A stretch of 64,000 bases of DNA. It comes from Eledone cirrhosa (lineage: Eukaryota). Under the pieces are notes generated by a model. The model was not told the DNA's origin, did not search any database, and saw only the letters and a list, made by a program, of their open reading frames with translations. Made by a program: the position numbers and the translations under genes. The stretch spans positions 38,316,001-38,380,000 of the forward strand of contig OZ024743.1 of the NCBI GenBank assembly GCA_964016885.1, given 5' to 3'. This document shows, piece after piece, positions 28,403 to 41,724 of this stretch (within the stretch, counting starts at the first letter, position 1; every line of letters begins with the position of its first letter).

Positions 28403-31400
28403 ATTCTTTATTAACCACAAGGGTTTACATAAAGTAGACATTAAGGACAGTGCCGGACAATACAGGACGGTACAAATGGGCATTTCTGCGTGTAAAAAAC
28501 AAAAACAGAGGATGTAACAAAAAAATAACAATGAAAATTAACCAATAGGGGGAGACTTCGGAGGGAAATTTGTGGAGAAAGCCCAGTAAAAGGCCACAGT
28601 GACCCTGACCACCAAGGCAAGTGCCCTCTCCCAGTTTTCCACCTTTAATTTACAGATATATACTCAGAGTAGACCCATTCACTCGGACCATTCTTGCTTC
28701 TCTCACCCATCTTTCAACAAAATGCTGGGAAGAGAGCATTTCCCACTCTACTCTGATTTTCCTTTTCAAATGAAATTTGAAAAATTCAATCAGAGCATCA
28801 CCGCAGAGGTAAGTGCTCGTCTTCAGCCCTTTCAAACGTGTCCACCATACTATCTCTTTCGCCATGGCCACCAGACAGATAAAAACTGCCTGACCTTCCC
28901 GGCTAAAGGAGGAGGGCGGGGCAATCCTCACGATGGACTCAGATGATAGCCGGATCCGTCCTACACGCGACAGCAGGTGTTCGACATAAACCCACAAGTC
29001 AGCAATTTTCGGACACTGGAGGAGTGCGTGGTCGGACGGTTTCGTCGCCCTGCGCGCATCTCGGACATGTCCGGCTGACGGCACCTCCATGCCTGTAAAG
29101 TTTATCCCGAACTGGCAAGGCTCCTCGGTAGCACTGCCAGGTCAGAGATTTCTGGAAGTTGTCCATAGGCCCTGGCCCGAAAGTTCTTCCGAAGAGATTG
29201 GCTAGTTGATTTTCGTCGACGCCTAGAGTTTCCCCAAGTACGTCGTCGCTCTTCCCCTCCACTAATCCTCTATAGAACGCCGAGGTGGAGTTTCCACCGA
29301 TCACATTGCCCGATTGGTCGAGGGCTGTGAGCGCCTGAAGACATTCCAGTCTCCAGGCGCTCCCTCTCGGTCTTCGCTTGATCCGTGACTGCAGCTCCGT
29401 CAAGGAAACGAGCTGGGGAAATACGCGTCTAGCAAACGGCGACCGCACCTGATCACCGTCGAGGAAGAGGTGGAGATGTCGTAGCCTGAGCGCGTGCCTG
29501 CGCATCATCAGCCACGGCATGCCCAGCCATCCACGTAGCGGGTGTTAACAACAGATGGACCGCCTGACCATCGGAGCGCGTCCCTTCCACAAAAAGCGAA
29601 AGAGCAAACGCTCCAGCGCAGTCAGGCGAGGCTTAGGACAAGGTACGACGGTCAGGCGGTAGCAGATGACAGACGCGATGTACGCGTTAGCCACCTCCGC
29701 TCGACCTTTCAGGGATCGCTTCCTCTCCGCCCATTTCTGGGTGAGAGAAGCCAACCTGCTCGTCACCTCGTCCCAGTTTTTGTCCGTCTGGAGGTCCGGA
29801 CTGAACCAGACCCCTAGCAATTTAACCGGTCCGTCCGTCCAGCGTCTGACGACGCTGTTGGACGGCATGGACCTGCCTCTCCAGGTGCCGAGCTGCAGGC
29901 CCACTGGCTTTACCTGGTTGATCATTGCTCCTGTCACCGATTCGTATTCTTTTAGTGTAGTGCCGATCGCCTCGATGTGTTTGGCGTTCGACACCACTAC
30001 GGTGACATCGTCCGCATATGCTGACACGGATCTTCCGCATCCTAGTTCGCGCGGGACGCCCCTCAACGTCTCCAGTTTGTGCAGTAATGGCTCGAGAGTC
30101 AATACGTACAAGAGGGACGAGAGGGGACATCCTTGGCGGACCGAGCGCATGATGTTGAACGGTTCCGACAGGTGACCGTTCACTCTCACTACAGAGCAGA
30201 TGTGCATGGCAGCGATCCAGCCTCTGAAGACGGGCCCAAAGCCAGCCGCCCTCAGGACTGCCGCCAGGTAACGATGGTCGACCCTATCGAAGGCTTTCGA
30301 CTGATCTAAATTGATCAAAGACCCACCCGTGCCAGGTTCCCTAGCTACCCTCTCTACGATGTATCGCATGAGGTGGAGGCTGTCGTGGATGGATCTGTCG
30401 GGAATGGCGCATGTCTGTGCCTCTCTCACCAGACCACCAACGACAAGCGCCAACCTCTTTGCTAGCACCTTGGCCAAAATCTTGAACTCTGTGTTTAGCA
30501 GAGTTATGGGCCTAAAATTATCTATGTTATCCCCCTTGTTCGGATCCTTTCTCAGTAGCGCCACCGCTCCTCGGCTCACAGAGCCGGGAATTCTCCCGTT
30601 CTGTTGCCAGTTGCAGTAGACGTCCGCCAAGAGGCCTCCGAACAAGTTTGGCATTTGTACGTAAAGTTCATAGGGCAGACCATCCAAACCAGGCGATTTA
30701 CCCCTTTTGCAACTAGTTATTGCGTCCCGTACTTCAGCGGTTGTTATCGGCTTTTCGCAACACTGCTCCACAGTGGCCGAAAGCCGCGGCAGTCCATCGA
30801 GGTAGACACTAAAGTCCATCCCTCGATCCGGCCCGCCACTGCCCCCGAACAGTTGAGCGAAGTGTCGCTGAAAAGCTTCACACATTTGCCTGGGATCGAG
30901 TAGCATGCGCCCGTCGTGGTCCACCAAAGACCGGATCGTGGCTTTGTTGCCACGGCGCGCCTCCGCCACTCGGGCCCATTGAACGGCTTTCGTCCCCTAG
31001 TGTCTGAGAGCACGCACCCTGTCTCTGACAACGCAGCCTTCGTGCTTTGCATTGAAGAATTGGTCAAGGGCCAATTTCGCCTCAAGCACGTCGGTCGCGA
31101 TGCCTTTGCTAAGCGCCTCATCTAATTTTCTAACTAATTCTCCCTCTGCTCTATTTTTCTCTATTGCTAAAGTCTTACTAAACCTAATGGACTCTATTCT
31201 AATTGCTCTTTTCAGAGCAAACCACCACTTGTTGTTGACGATGGCCCCTGTCAACGCCCGCTTAACTAGTTCGCTAATCCGGTCTCTGTAGGCCTTGCGC
31301 TCTGGTAAGGACGCGTTTAGCTTCCAGTAGCCGGGTACTCGTCTATGAAGCCTATCTAAGTCAAGCACACAGATCACGAATTTGTGGTCCGTGTAGCTGA

Positions 31401-34400
31401 CTATCTTGAATTGTGGACAGCCTATGCTAGACCTATCTATTTCCCTACAAAATACTCTATCTAGATATGATCTGGATGACCTTATGCGATTTGTCCAAGT
31501 CCACATTGGCACATTCGGGAAATCCAATCGGTACCTGTCAGACAGTTCAAAACGCCTGAGCAGGTTGGTGAGGCCCTACACCCTCCACCCCTATCCGCTA
31601 ATCCCACACAGTCCCAGCGTGCATTTAAGATCCCGTTCCAGTCGCCCACTAACACTAAAGAGCGGGACGTTCCAAGAAAGGTCTCCAGACGCCGGAAGAA
31701 ATCAGGCCGCCCTGCTCCTGTCGGGGCATAGACAGTCACTAGCCTGAAAGCTTGTCCGTCTGCTGGTCACGTCCAACACCACCAGCTTACCCTCTGGGTC
31801 CAGGAAGATGGCCCGTATGGCGAGATCCAAACCTCTCCGAAAAAGCACAGCAACTCCTCCCCCCGATCCAGGACGGCTGGGAGATGCGTACACCTCGTAG
31901 CCGCCAAAGATCGGTGCGAAGGCCAGTGCTTCGGAGATTCTGGTCTCGCTGATGGCCACTACATCTATGTTTAGTGACCTGAGGTCGTTGAGCAGGTGGC
32001 CCTGCTTCCATGACGACCCCAAGCCACGCGCATTTATGCTGCCTATTCTGAGTGAGGTCCTGTTTAAAATAAAGTGGAAAAGATGGGAAAGACCACTTAC
32101 CGTACTTTTGGTAGAGGAGGGATGATTTTTACATCCCTTTTCACTTGATCGTCTGTTGAAGTGACCGTTGAATCGTCCCTTCGGCTGGTCGTCGGCTCTT
32201 CTAAGAGAATGTCTGAATATACTCTTCGATTGATAGTTCCTCCTAGGTCCCTGAAATCACCAACTGCGTTGGGGAATTTCGTTTTAATGTTTGTGTATTG
32301 TTTCTGTGCTATTTTTAGCAGTCTTATGTTAGTTGGCGTTTTGATTGGTGCTGGTATAATGTAGTCGTGTTGTGAAATGTCTGTGTGTTCAATTATGTAA
32401 GTCATTAGTTTCTTGTTGTGTGTATTTATTGCCGTGCATTTGTTTTTCTGGGGGTGGGGTGTGGTTCTGCTATTTTCTTGTCGTTGTTGCTGGGTGTGTG
32501 TGTTTTGTTGTTGTGTTTGCGATGTTGGTGCTTGTGGTGGTGGTGTTGAAGGTGTTGTTGGCGGTGGGGTTGTCGCCGGTGGTGATGGTGGTGCTAGTGT
32601 GGGTGGTGATGGTGTTGGTGGTGTTGCTGCTGTGAGTCTCTTTGCAGTAGACTTTACCCTTTTCTCATTTCTTTCCTCCCTTTTCAAAGGCGACGATGCG
32701 CTGCTTCTGCGTTTGTGCCTTCTTAGGACCTTTTGCCATCCCTCTCCCACCTCACACTCCATGTCTGATTCTGTGAGGTCGGGGAGGGGTACCAGCTCCA
32801 CTCTTTCACTTGTTGTTGTTGGTGATGTTTGCACTGGAGTCTCTGTTGCAGCTGCATTTGGTATTGCTGTTGTTGTTGTTAATATTTCCACTGCTGCTGC
32901 TGTTTTAGATTTCCGTGGCGTGGGTATGGGTGCCACGGACCTATCGTTCCTGGTTGCCGCTTGTCCTGTTGCTGGTAGCCGTGGAGCCGGTTTCGGAAGG
33001 AGGGTGGTTTTCTCCTTTCTCAGGGTCTTCTCGTTGCAGAAGGCCCTAAGGCGAGTCTTCGATCCACAGCGAAAGCATTTCGGGCGTTTGCCCTCAACAC
33101 TTATGGGCAGTTGAGTGCCGTTATCGAAGTCTATCACATCCGGGATAGCTTCGATGCACTCCTGGTTGGTTTGGATTAGCATCTCAATGGAGGTGCCGAC
33201 CCAATCTTCTCTTACTTTTTTCTGTACTTGCAGTAGAGTTGTTTTGTCCTCGATTCCGACGAGGACAGACGCGGCCAGCCAAGAAGGGGCCATTCCGGGG
33301 GGGACGTGGGTCAGTTTGACCCTCACAATTTTTTGCCCGCAGTAGGAGGGCACCAACACCATTTCCTCGCTCCTTAGGGTCACTACGGATTGGGCCTTTG
33401 CCTCCTGGGGTGTGGCAAAAAGTACGGTGGCATTTTTATTTGCCTCGGGTGATGTGCGTTTTCCGCTGCCACACAGACCACAAGGCTTTTTGTATTTGAG
33501 CCTCTGTGGATCTTTCCACCCTACGGGATTTTGTACTTACTGTACGGTACGTGACCGTACAGTGCTGTTGGGTTTCGAAAAATTTGTCCGCTGCCTTGCA
33601 GATTGATCGGTGTCCATTCTTTGTCACCATCTTCTTCGCTTCCTCTAATTCCTCATTTGTTATGAGGATTGTTTCCAAGTTTTTCGCAATACCTGCAAAT
33701 GAGATTGGTTTTTCTTTGCTGCTGTTGTTGTTGTTGTCGTCAGAGCTGCTGGTACTTTTGTTGTTGCTGCAGGTACTACGACTACTGCCTCCGCCGCTGT
33801 TGCTGTGGTTGTTGTTGGTGTTGCTGCTGCTAATGATGTTGTTGTTTATGCTGCTGGTGATGCTGTTGCGGCTGCTACTGTTGTTTTCATTGTCACTGTT
33901 GCTGTTGTTATTACGGCTGCTACTGCTATTATTCCTGACGTCAGACGAATGAACTGGGTTTTCGTATTTCCCGCACACCTGTTTCGTCGCTGTCGTCGTC
34001 GTCGTGGAGAAACCTTGCACGCTTTGCACGAGACTTTTCTTTTCTTTCGTCGCTTGCGAAAGAGAAGGGAGGGAGAGAGACACATTTAAAGAAGGGAGGG
34101 AGAGAGACAATCTTCTCTCTGCTGTAGTGATGATTGAGGAAGAAGAAGACGGAATGAGTGGGAGTGACCTATGAAATTTCTTTTTCGTAGCCATGTTGTT
34201 TTTTTTTGTTTAAAATAAATATTGGGTACATAACCCCAATAAGCAGTTATTTAACCCCGAAGGGCCAAATAACGGGCAGAAATACCCCTCTCACGAGGAG
34301 GAGGGTGTTTTTGTCTACAAGTTGGTCTGAGTTTTAAACAATTTACAATTGTTATAGCGTTCAAAATTTACAGTACCTTACAGAGCCGAGCCTCCGTCAA

Positions 34401-34410
34401 CCATAGCATT
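28401..34410 (-). mobile_element. Full-length Tx1/L1-clade LINE, copy A (defective)
   Basis: ORF1 34194-32097 (frameshift near 33430, knuckle CFRCGSKTRLRAFC). ORF2 has APE endonuclease (VVAISET, GDWN, SYLDRVF, TDHK), RT (FRPITLLN, DQSKAFD, QGCPLS, AYADD) and C-terminal CPRC..ET..HA..C. AATAAA then (ATT)n. Confidence 0.93.
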
Positions 34411-34420
34411 CAATAATAAA

Positions 34421-34450
<30 letters not shown>

Positions 34451-34451
<1 letters not shown>

Positions 34452-37400
34452 TTTTCTTTATTAACCACAAGGGTTTACATCAAGTAGACATTAAGGACAG
34501 TACAGGACAATACAGGACGGTACAAATGGGCATTTCTGCGTGTAAAAAAAAACAGAGGATGAAATAAAATAACAAAGAAAAATGCCCCAACAGGGGGGAG
34601 ACTTCCGAGGGACATTTGTGGAGAAAGCCCATTAAAAGACCACAGTGGCCCTGACCACAAAGGCAAGTGCCCTCTCCCAGTTTTCCACCTTTAATTTACA
34701 GACACATACTCAGAGAAGGCCCATTCATTCGGGCCATACTTGCTTCTCTCACCCATCTTTCAACAAAATGCTGGGAAGAGAGCACTTCCCTCTCTACCCT
34801 GATTTTCCTTTTCAGATGAAATTTGAAAAACTTAATCAGGGCATCAACTAAGAGGTAAGTGCTCGTCTTCAGCCCTTTCAAACGTGTCCACCATACTATC
34901 TCTTTCACCATGGCCACCAGACAGATAAAAACTGCCTGCCCTTCCCGGCTAAAGGAAGAGCGCGGGTCAATCCTCACGATGGACTCAGCTGATAGCTGGA
35001 TCCGTCCTACACGTGACAGCAGGTGTTCGACATAAACCCACAAGTCAGCAATGCTCGGACACTGGACCAGTGCGTGCAGGACGGTTTCGTCGCCCTGTGC
35101 GCATCTCGGACATGCCCGGCTGACGGCACCTCCATGCCTGTAAAGTTTATCCCGAACTGGCAAAGCACCCCGGTAACACTGCCAGGCCAGGGATTTTTGG
35201 AAGTTGTCCATAGGCCCCGGCCCGAAAGTCCTTCCGAAGAGATTGACTAGTTGATTTTCGTCGACGCCTAGAGTTTCCCCAAGTACGTCGTCGCTCTTCC
35301 CCTCCACTAATCCCCTATAGAACGCCAAGGTGGAGTTTCCACCGATCACATTGCCCGATTGGTCGAGGGCTGTGAGCGCCTGAAGACATTCCAGTCTCCA
35401 AGCGCTCCCTCTCGGTCTTCGCTTGACCCAGGACTGCAGCTCCGTCAAGGAGACGAGCTGGGGAAAAACGTGTCTAGCAAACGGCGACCACACCTGATCA
35501 CCGTCGAGGAAGAGGTGGAGATGTCGTAGCCTGAGCGCGTGTCTGCGCATCATCAGCCACGGCATGCCCAGCCATCCACGTAGCTGGTGTTGACAGCAGA
35601 TGGACCGCCTGACCATCGGAGCGCGTCCCTTCCACAAGAAGCGAAAGAGCAAACGCTCCAGCGCAGTCAGGCGGGGCTTAGGACAAGGTACGACGGTCAG
35701 GCGGTAGTAGATGACAGACGCGATGTACGCGTTAGCCACCTCCGCTCGACCTTTCAGGGATAGCTTCCTCTCAGCCCATTTCTGGGTGAAAGAAGCCGCC
35801 CTGCTCGTCACCTCGTCCCAGTTTTTGTGCGTCTGGAGGTCTGGACCGAACCAGACCCTTAGCAATTTAACCGGTCCGTCCGTCCAGCGCCCGACGACGC
35901 TGTTGGACGGCATGGACCTGCCTCTCCAGGTGCCGAGCTGCAGGCCCACTGACTTTTTCTGGTTGATCATTGCTCCTGTCACCGCTTCGTATTCTCTTAG
36001 TGTAGTGCCGATCGCCTCGATGTGTTTGGCATTCGACACCACTACGGTGACATCGTCGGCATATACTGACACGGATCTTCCGCATCCTAGTTCGCGCGGG
36101 ATCCACCTCAACGTCTCCAGTTTGTGCAGTAATGGCTCAAGAGTCAATACGTACAATAGGGACGAGAGGGGACATCCTTGGCGGACCGAGCGCATGATGT
36201 TGAACGGTTCCGAAAGGTGACGGTTCACTCTCACTACAGAGCAGATGTGCATGGCAGCGATCCAGCCTCTGAAGACGGGCCCAAAGCCAGCCGCCCTCAG
36301 GACTGCCGCCAGGTAACGATGGTCGACCCTATCGAAGGCTTTCGACTGATCTAAATTGATCAAAGACCCACCCGTGCCAGGTTCCCTAGCTACCCTCTCT
36401 ACGATGTATCGCATGAGGTGGAGGCTGTCGTGGATGGATCTGTCGGGAATGGCGCATGTCTGTGCCTCTCTCACCAGACCACCAACGACAAGCGCCAACC
36501 TCTTTGCTAGCACCTTGGCCAAAATCTTGAACTCTGTGTTTAGCAGAGTTATGGGCCTAAAATTATCTATGATATCCCCCTTGTTCGGATCCTTTCTCAG
36601 TAACGCCACCGCTCCTCGGCTCACAGAGCCGGGAATTCTCCCGTTCTGTTGCCAGTTGCAGTAGACGTCCGCCAAGAGGCCTCCGAACAAGTTTGGCATT
36701 TGTACGTAAAGTTCATAGGGCAGACCATCCAAACCAGGCGATTTACCCCTTGTGCAACCTAGTCATTGCGTCCCGTACTTCAGCGGTTGTTATCGGCTTT
36801 TCGCAACACTGCGCCTCAGTGGCCGAAAGCCGCGGCAGTCCATCGAGGTAGACACTAAAGTCCATCCCTCGATCCGGCCCGCCACTGCCCCCGAACATTT
36901 GAGCGAAGTGTCGCTGAAAAGCTTCACACATTTGCCCGGGATCGAGTAGCATGCGCCCGTCGTGGTCCACCAAAGACCGGATCGTGGCTTTGTTGCCACG
37001 GCGCGCCTCCGCCACTCGGGCCCATTGAACGGCTTTCGTCCCCTAGTGTCTGAGAGCACGCACCCTGTCTCTGACAACGCAGCCTTCGTGCTTTGCATTG
37101 AAGAATTGGTCAAGGGCCAATTTCGCCTCAAGCACGTCGGTCGCGATGCCTTTGCTAAGCGCCTCATCTAATTTTCTAACTAATTCTCCCTCTGCTCTAT
37201 TTTTCTCTATTGCTAAAGTCTTACTAAACCTAATGGACTCTATTCTAATTGCTCTTTTCAGAGCAAACCACCACTTGTTGTTGACGATGGCCCCCGTCAA
37301 CGCCCGCTTAACTAGTTCGCTAATCCGGTCTCTGTAGGCATTGCGCGCTGGTAAGGACGCGTTTAGCTTCCAGTAGCCGGGTACTCGTCTATGAAGCCTA

Positions 37401-40355
37401 TCTAAGTCAAGCACACAGATCACGAATTTGTGGTCCGTGTAGCTGACTATCTTGAATTGTGGACAGCCTATGCTAGACCTATCTATTTCCCTACAAAATA
37501 CTCTATCTAGATATGATCTGGATGACCTTATGCGATTTGTCCAAGTCCACATTGGTACATTCGGGAAATCCTTTCGGTACCTGTCAGACAGTTCAAAACG
37601 TCTGAGCAGGTTGGTGAGACTCTTGCACCCTCCTTCCCTATCCACTAATCCCACACAATCCCAGCGTGCATCTAAGATCCCGTTCCAGTCGCCCACTAAC
37701 ACTAAAGAGCGGGACTCTCCAAGAAAGGTCTCCAGACGCCGGAAAAATCAGGCCGCCGTGCTCCTGTCGGGGCATAGACGCCCACTAACCTGAAAGCTTG
37801 CCCGTCTCCGCTGGTCACGTTCAGCACCACCAACTTACGTTCTGGGTCCAGGAAGATGGCCCGTATGGCAAGATCCAAACCTCTCCGAAAAAGCACAGCA
37901 ACTCCTCCCCCCGATCCTGGACGGCTGGGAGATGCGTACACATCGTAGCCGCCGAAGATCGGTGCAAAAGCCTGTGCTTCGGAGATTCTGGTCTCGCTGA
38001 TGGCCACTACATCTATGTTTAGTGACCTGAGGTCGTTGAGCAGGTGGCCCTGCTTCCATGACGACCCCAAGCCACGCGCATTTATGCTGCCTATTCTGAG
38101 TGAGGTCATGTTGAAAAGGAGTGGAAAAGATGGGAAAGACCACTTACCTTACTTCTCGTAGGGGAAGGACGGTTTTTCCATCCTTTTCACTGCTTGTGGC
38201 CTCCTCAGGAAGGATGTCCTTATAAATCCTCCTGGAGAGTGCTTGTCGGAAGTCTCCGATGTCTTTTGGGAATTTTTGTTTTAGTGTCATGTAGGTTTTC
38301 TGTGTGATGCGAGTGATTTGTATGTGTGGGGGTGGTGTGAATTTTGGGGTTGTTGTGTAGTCTTTTTCTGTGATGCTGGTGTTGTGTTGGATGTAGTGTA
38401 ATAATTGCTTGTTGTTCAAATTTAATGCTGTGTAGTGTGTATCGTTTTGGTTGTTTTGTTTTGTTTGCGTTTGTTGTAGGTTTGTTTCTGTTTCGCATTT
38501 TGGTGACTTTTGTGGTGTAGGTGATGGTTGTGTTGGGGTTAATGATGGTGATGGTGTTGGTGTTTGGGTTGATGGGGTTGGTGATGCTGGTGTGGATGGT
38601 GGCATATCTGTCCTAACTTTTTTGTTTTTTAATTTATTTGTTTCCCTCTCTATTTTGTTTTTGGAGGGGGAAGGAAGAGAATTTTTTTCTTTTTTGGTTT
38701 CTTTTTTTTTTATCCGGATATCGTTTCCCACTCCTCGTCGTCACAAACTGTCTCCAGTTGTGATAGGCCGGGGAGTGGAAAATCCTCCACAGGCGTTAGT
38801 TTTGGTTGTGGCGTGGTGGATGGTGTAGGCGCTGGTGCTAGTTCTGAAGTGTTGGGTGGTGGTGGTGTTGGTTTTGCTGGTGGTGGTGGTGTTGGTTTTG
38901 CTGGTGGTGGTGGTGGTGTTGGTTTTGCTACTGTTGCTGGGGCTGTTGCTGTTATAGTTGCTTCTGTTGTTGCTACTACAGTTGTTGCTGTCATCTCTGC
39001 TACTGGTGGTGTTGATGGTTGTGTCACTGGGGTGGGTAGGAGATGTGGCCTCAACCTTTTAGCCTGAGGGCAGAAAGCCCTTAGGTGGGTTCCTTCACCA
39101 CAAACGACACACCTAGGTCTTCTGCCCTCGACAATTACCGTGAGGTGGCTGCCGTCAGTGAGGTCTATTACCTCTGGGATCTCCTCAATGCTTTTTTGGT
39201 CCGCTTGGATCAGGAGCTCCATCCCAGATCCGGACCAGCTCTCCTGCTTTTCTTTTGCTATTGCTATTATTTTTGTGTTGGCTTCGATGCCGGCGAGGAC
39301 GGCCGCTGTTAGCCAGGGAATTTCGATGGCTGGTGGAACGTGGGTCACCCTGATCTTTACGAGTCTCTGGCCACAATAGCTTGGTACGAGTGTGAAGTCG
39401 TCACTTCTTAATGGGGCCATGGAGTGTTCTCTAGCCTCCTCTGGTGTTTCAAAGAACACGTCCACGGTTCCATACTTTTGCCCACGTCTGATGTGGGTTT
39501 TTTTTGCCCACATATGTCCCAAAGCTTTTTTGGATTTGGGACTCGGATGCCCGTTCCACTCGGCGCGATTTTACCTTTATTGTTCGATACGACACGGTGC
39601 ATAGGCGCCGATGCTCCATTTTATTAGGTGGGGGGGGGGGGAGGCTGACCCTGTACCCATCTTTCTTTACCATTTGTTTGGCATTTTCTAAATCCTCCTG
39701 AGTTACCGTAAATGCTTCGAACTGTTTTGCTACTCTGGCGATACTGAGGGTGGGTTTTATAATGTCATTGTTGTTGTTGTTGCTCTCGTTATTTGTGTTA
39801 ATATTAATTTTAGTTTCAGTTGTGGTGGTGGTGACGTCAGTCGTCTTTGGTGGGGAAGAGTCCATTTTGCTTGATTTCATTTCGACATCACGAGCTAATT
39901 TATTTTTTTCTTCTTTTGTTTCTGTTGTCGCGGTGGCAGTGGGGGTGGTGGTGGAGGCTTTAACACCTGCAGTCATTGGCAATGGCGGGAAATGAATGTC
40001 TGCCTGAGACAAATTTAAAATATTGCTACTGCTTATATTTTTTTTGTGTTGGCAAACGTAGTAACATTTACAATGGTGGTGTCGGTGTGAGGTGTTAATT
40101 TGTGAGGAAGGCTTTCAGCTGCTTGGTGCAGACGTGAATTAGCCATTTTTTTTCAAAGAAATTTTTTGATAATAATAAAAATTTTAATTTTGGGCACAAG
40201 GCACCAATCCTTTTGGGTGTCCTTTTCGGAAAACAATGTATGTGCGCTTATATATGGTTAACAATCAAAATTTTCCATAAATGGCAATTTTTAACAAACG
40301 GAAATAACAAACCTTTGCGGAGCTCACGATGATACGATTTACTACGTAAGTCGCC
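34451..40355 (-). mobile_element. Full-length Tx1/L1-clade LINE, copy B (defective)
   Basis: ORF1 ~40146-38144 (frameshifted; CCHC knuckle CVVCGEGTHLRAFC). ORF2 38109-34696 starts MTSLRIGSINARG, with a 678-aa open RT/C-terminal part. Flanked by (TAA)n on both sides. Confidence 0.93.
34696..38109 (-). pseudogene. Tx1 ORF2 (APE endonuclease-reverse transcriptase), disrupted
   Basis: Frameshifts near 37745 and 36750, in-frame TAG at 37045-37043. Confidence 0.9.
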
Positions 40356-40391
<36 letters not shown>

Positions 40392-41144
40392 TGTTTCTAC
40401 ATTTGGCACAAGGCCAGCAATTACCCAGTGCATTACTGGTACTTTAATAATAATAATAATAATGTAATTAGTAATTAGTAATTAGACATTGTGAATATCA
40501 TATATTTAAGAGAATAACACACTGATGTGAATTTATTAGTAGAAATCTATTTCATATCCCCTGCCAGAATCATTGCAAACAACGACGTAAATCGTAAATT
40601 ATTGAGATTTTTAATTATTTGTCACAAATAGGATTGCCTTGTACCAGGTAAAGAACATTTCCAGGATGAAACTCATAGTTAGCCATGGTCGTACAGATAC
40701 TATGCTAATATCTCTTCTTTTATCTTTATTGTTGCTTAGCCCCTAACCAAACGTGAACAAGCAGACCTACTATGTCAGATCTGGCCGTGGTAATCACCCG
40801 GCTTTTTCAAAATAGACTTCCGATATGTCTTACAAACTTAATGAAATATTTCTGCCCCCATGTCAAAGCAATATATCGACCATATAGTGGCTCTTTTTAG
40901 TCTCTCCATGACATATATAGTTGTATGTATTTTTCATAGCTAGCTATTTTGGTTTGTAAAACCCAATGTGCAAAAGCAGTCTGTAGGTAAAAATCAGGTT
41001 TATTTTTATTTTTCGTTTCTAGTATTACCGGTTATAATACCTTGTTTGTTATCTCTTCTTTTTTAAACGTAGGCTTACTCTTGTCATACTTGTTCTTGCT
41101 CATCTATAGCATCCGATATAGATAATAGGTGGACAACCTACAGG

Positions 41145-41327
41145 TTATGGCAGCATCGGTAGAGGGTCGGACGCCATGCTTTCCAGCATAGTTACGCCCC
41201 TTTACAGTCTGAGTTTAAATCCCGCCGAGGTTAAGTTTGCCTTTCATCATTATGGGGTCGATAAAATTAAGTACCAGTAATGCACTGGATATTGCTGGCC
41301 TTCTGCCAAATGTAGAAACAATTATTA
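41145..41327 (+). mobile_element. tRNA-derived SINE
   Basis: Same family as 7068-7252; TGGCAGCATCGG A box, GAGTTTAAATCC B box. Confidence 0.88.
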
Positions 41328-41585
41328 TCGTCACTTCTTTGTTGTTGTTGTTTAGAATCACGTCTTTCGTGGTTGGGCAGATTTGAAAGCTATTTCATTC
41401 TCTAAATTAGAGTGTCTTTTTTTAAATAATAGATTTGTGAGAGATATAGCTTCTATTTCTAGCAGATAGAGCGACCACGTTGGGTTTCCTGACTGTTGGT
41501 GTTATTGTTGTTATTGTTGTTCAGTACAAGTTACGAATTGATCCAGTCATGTAATGATATTGAAAGGTTTTATTATTTCCTCTTA

Positions 41586-41724
41586 GAGTTACAGCCCTTG
41601 CCATTCTGAGTTCAAATCCCGCCGAGGTTAACTTTGCCTTTCACCCTTACGGGGTCGATAAAATAAAGTACCAGTAATACACTGGGTAATTGCTGGCCTT
41701 GTGCCTAACGTAGAAACAGTTATT
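41586..41724 (+). mobile_element. 5'-truncated tRNA-derived SINE
   Basis: B box through tail of the same family. Confidence 0.85.

Noticed and set aside
32059-32100. Apparent ~41-nt GTAAGT...CAG intron joining ORF1 and ORF2 of Tx1 copy A
   Set aside because: Copy B has AACATG at the same place, so the AG is a mutated ORF2 start codon and the GTAAG overlaps the ORF1 stop; also very short for an intron.
29542-37793. Plus-strand ORFs of 100-170 aa duplicated in the two Tx1 copies
   Set aside because: Antisense shadows of GC-rich ORF2; no independent motifs.
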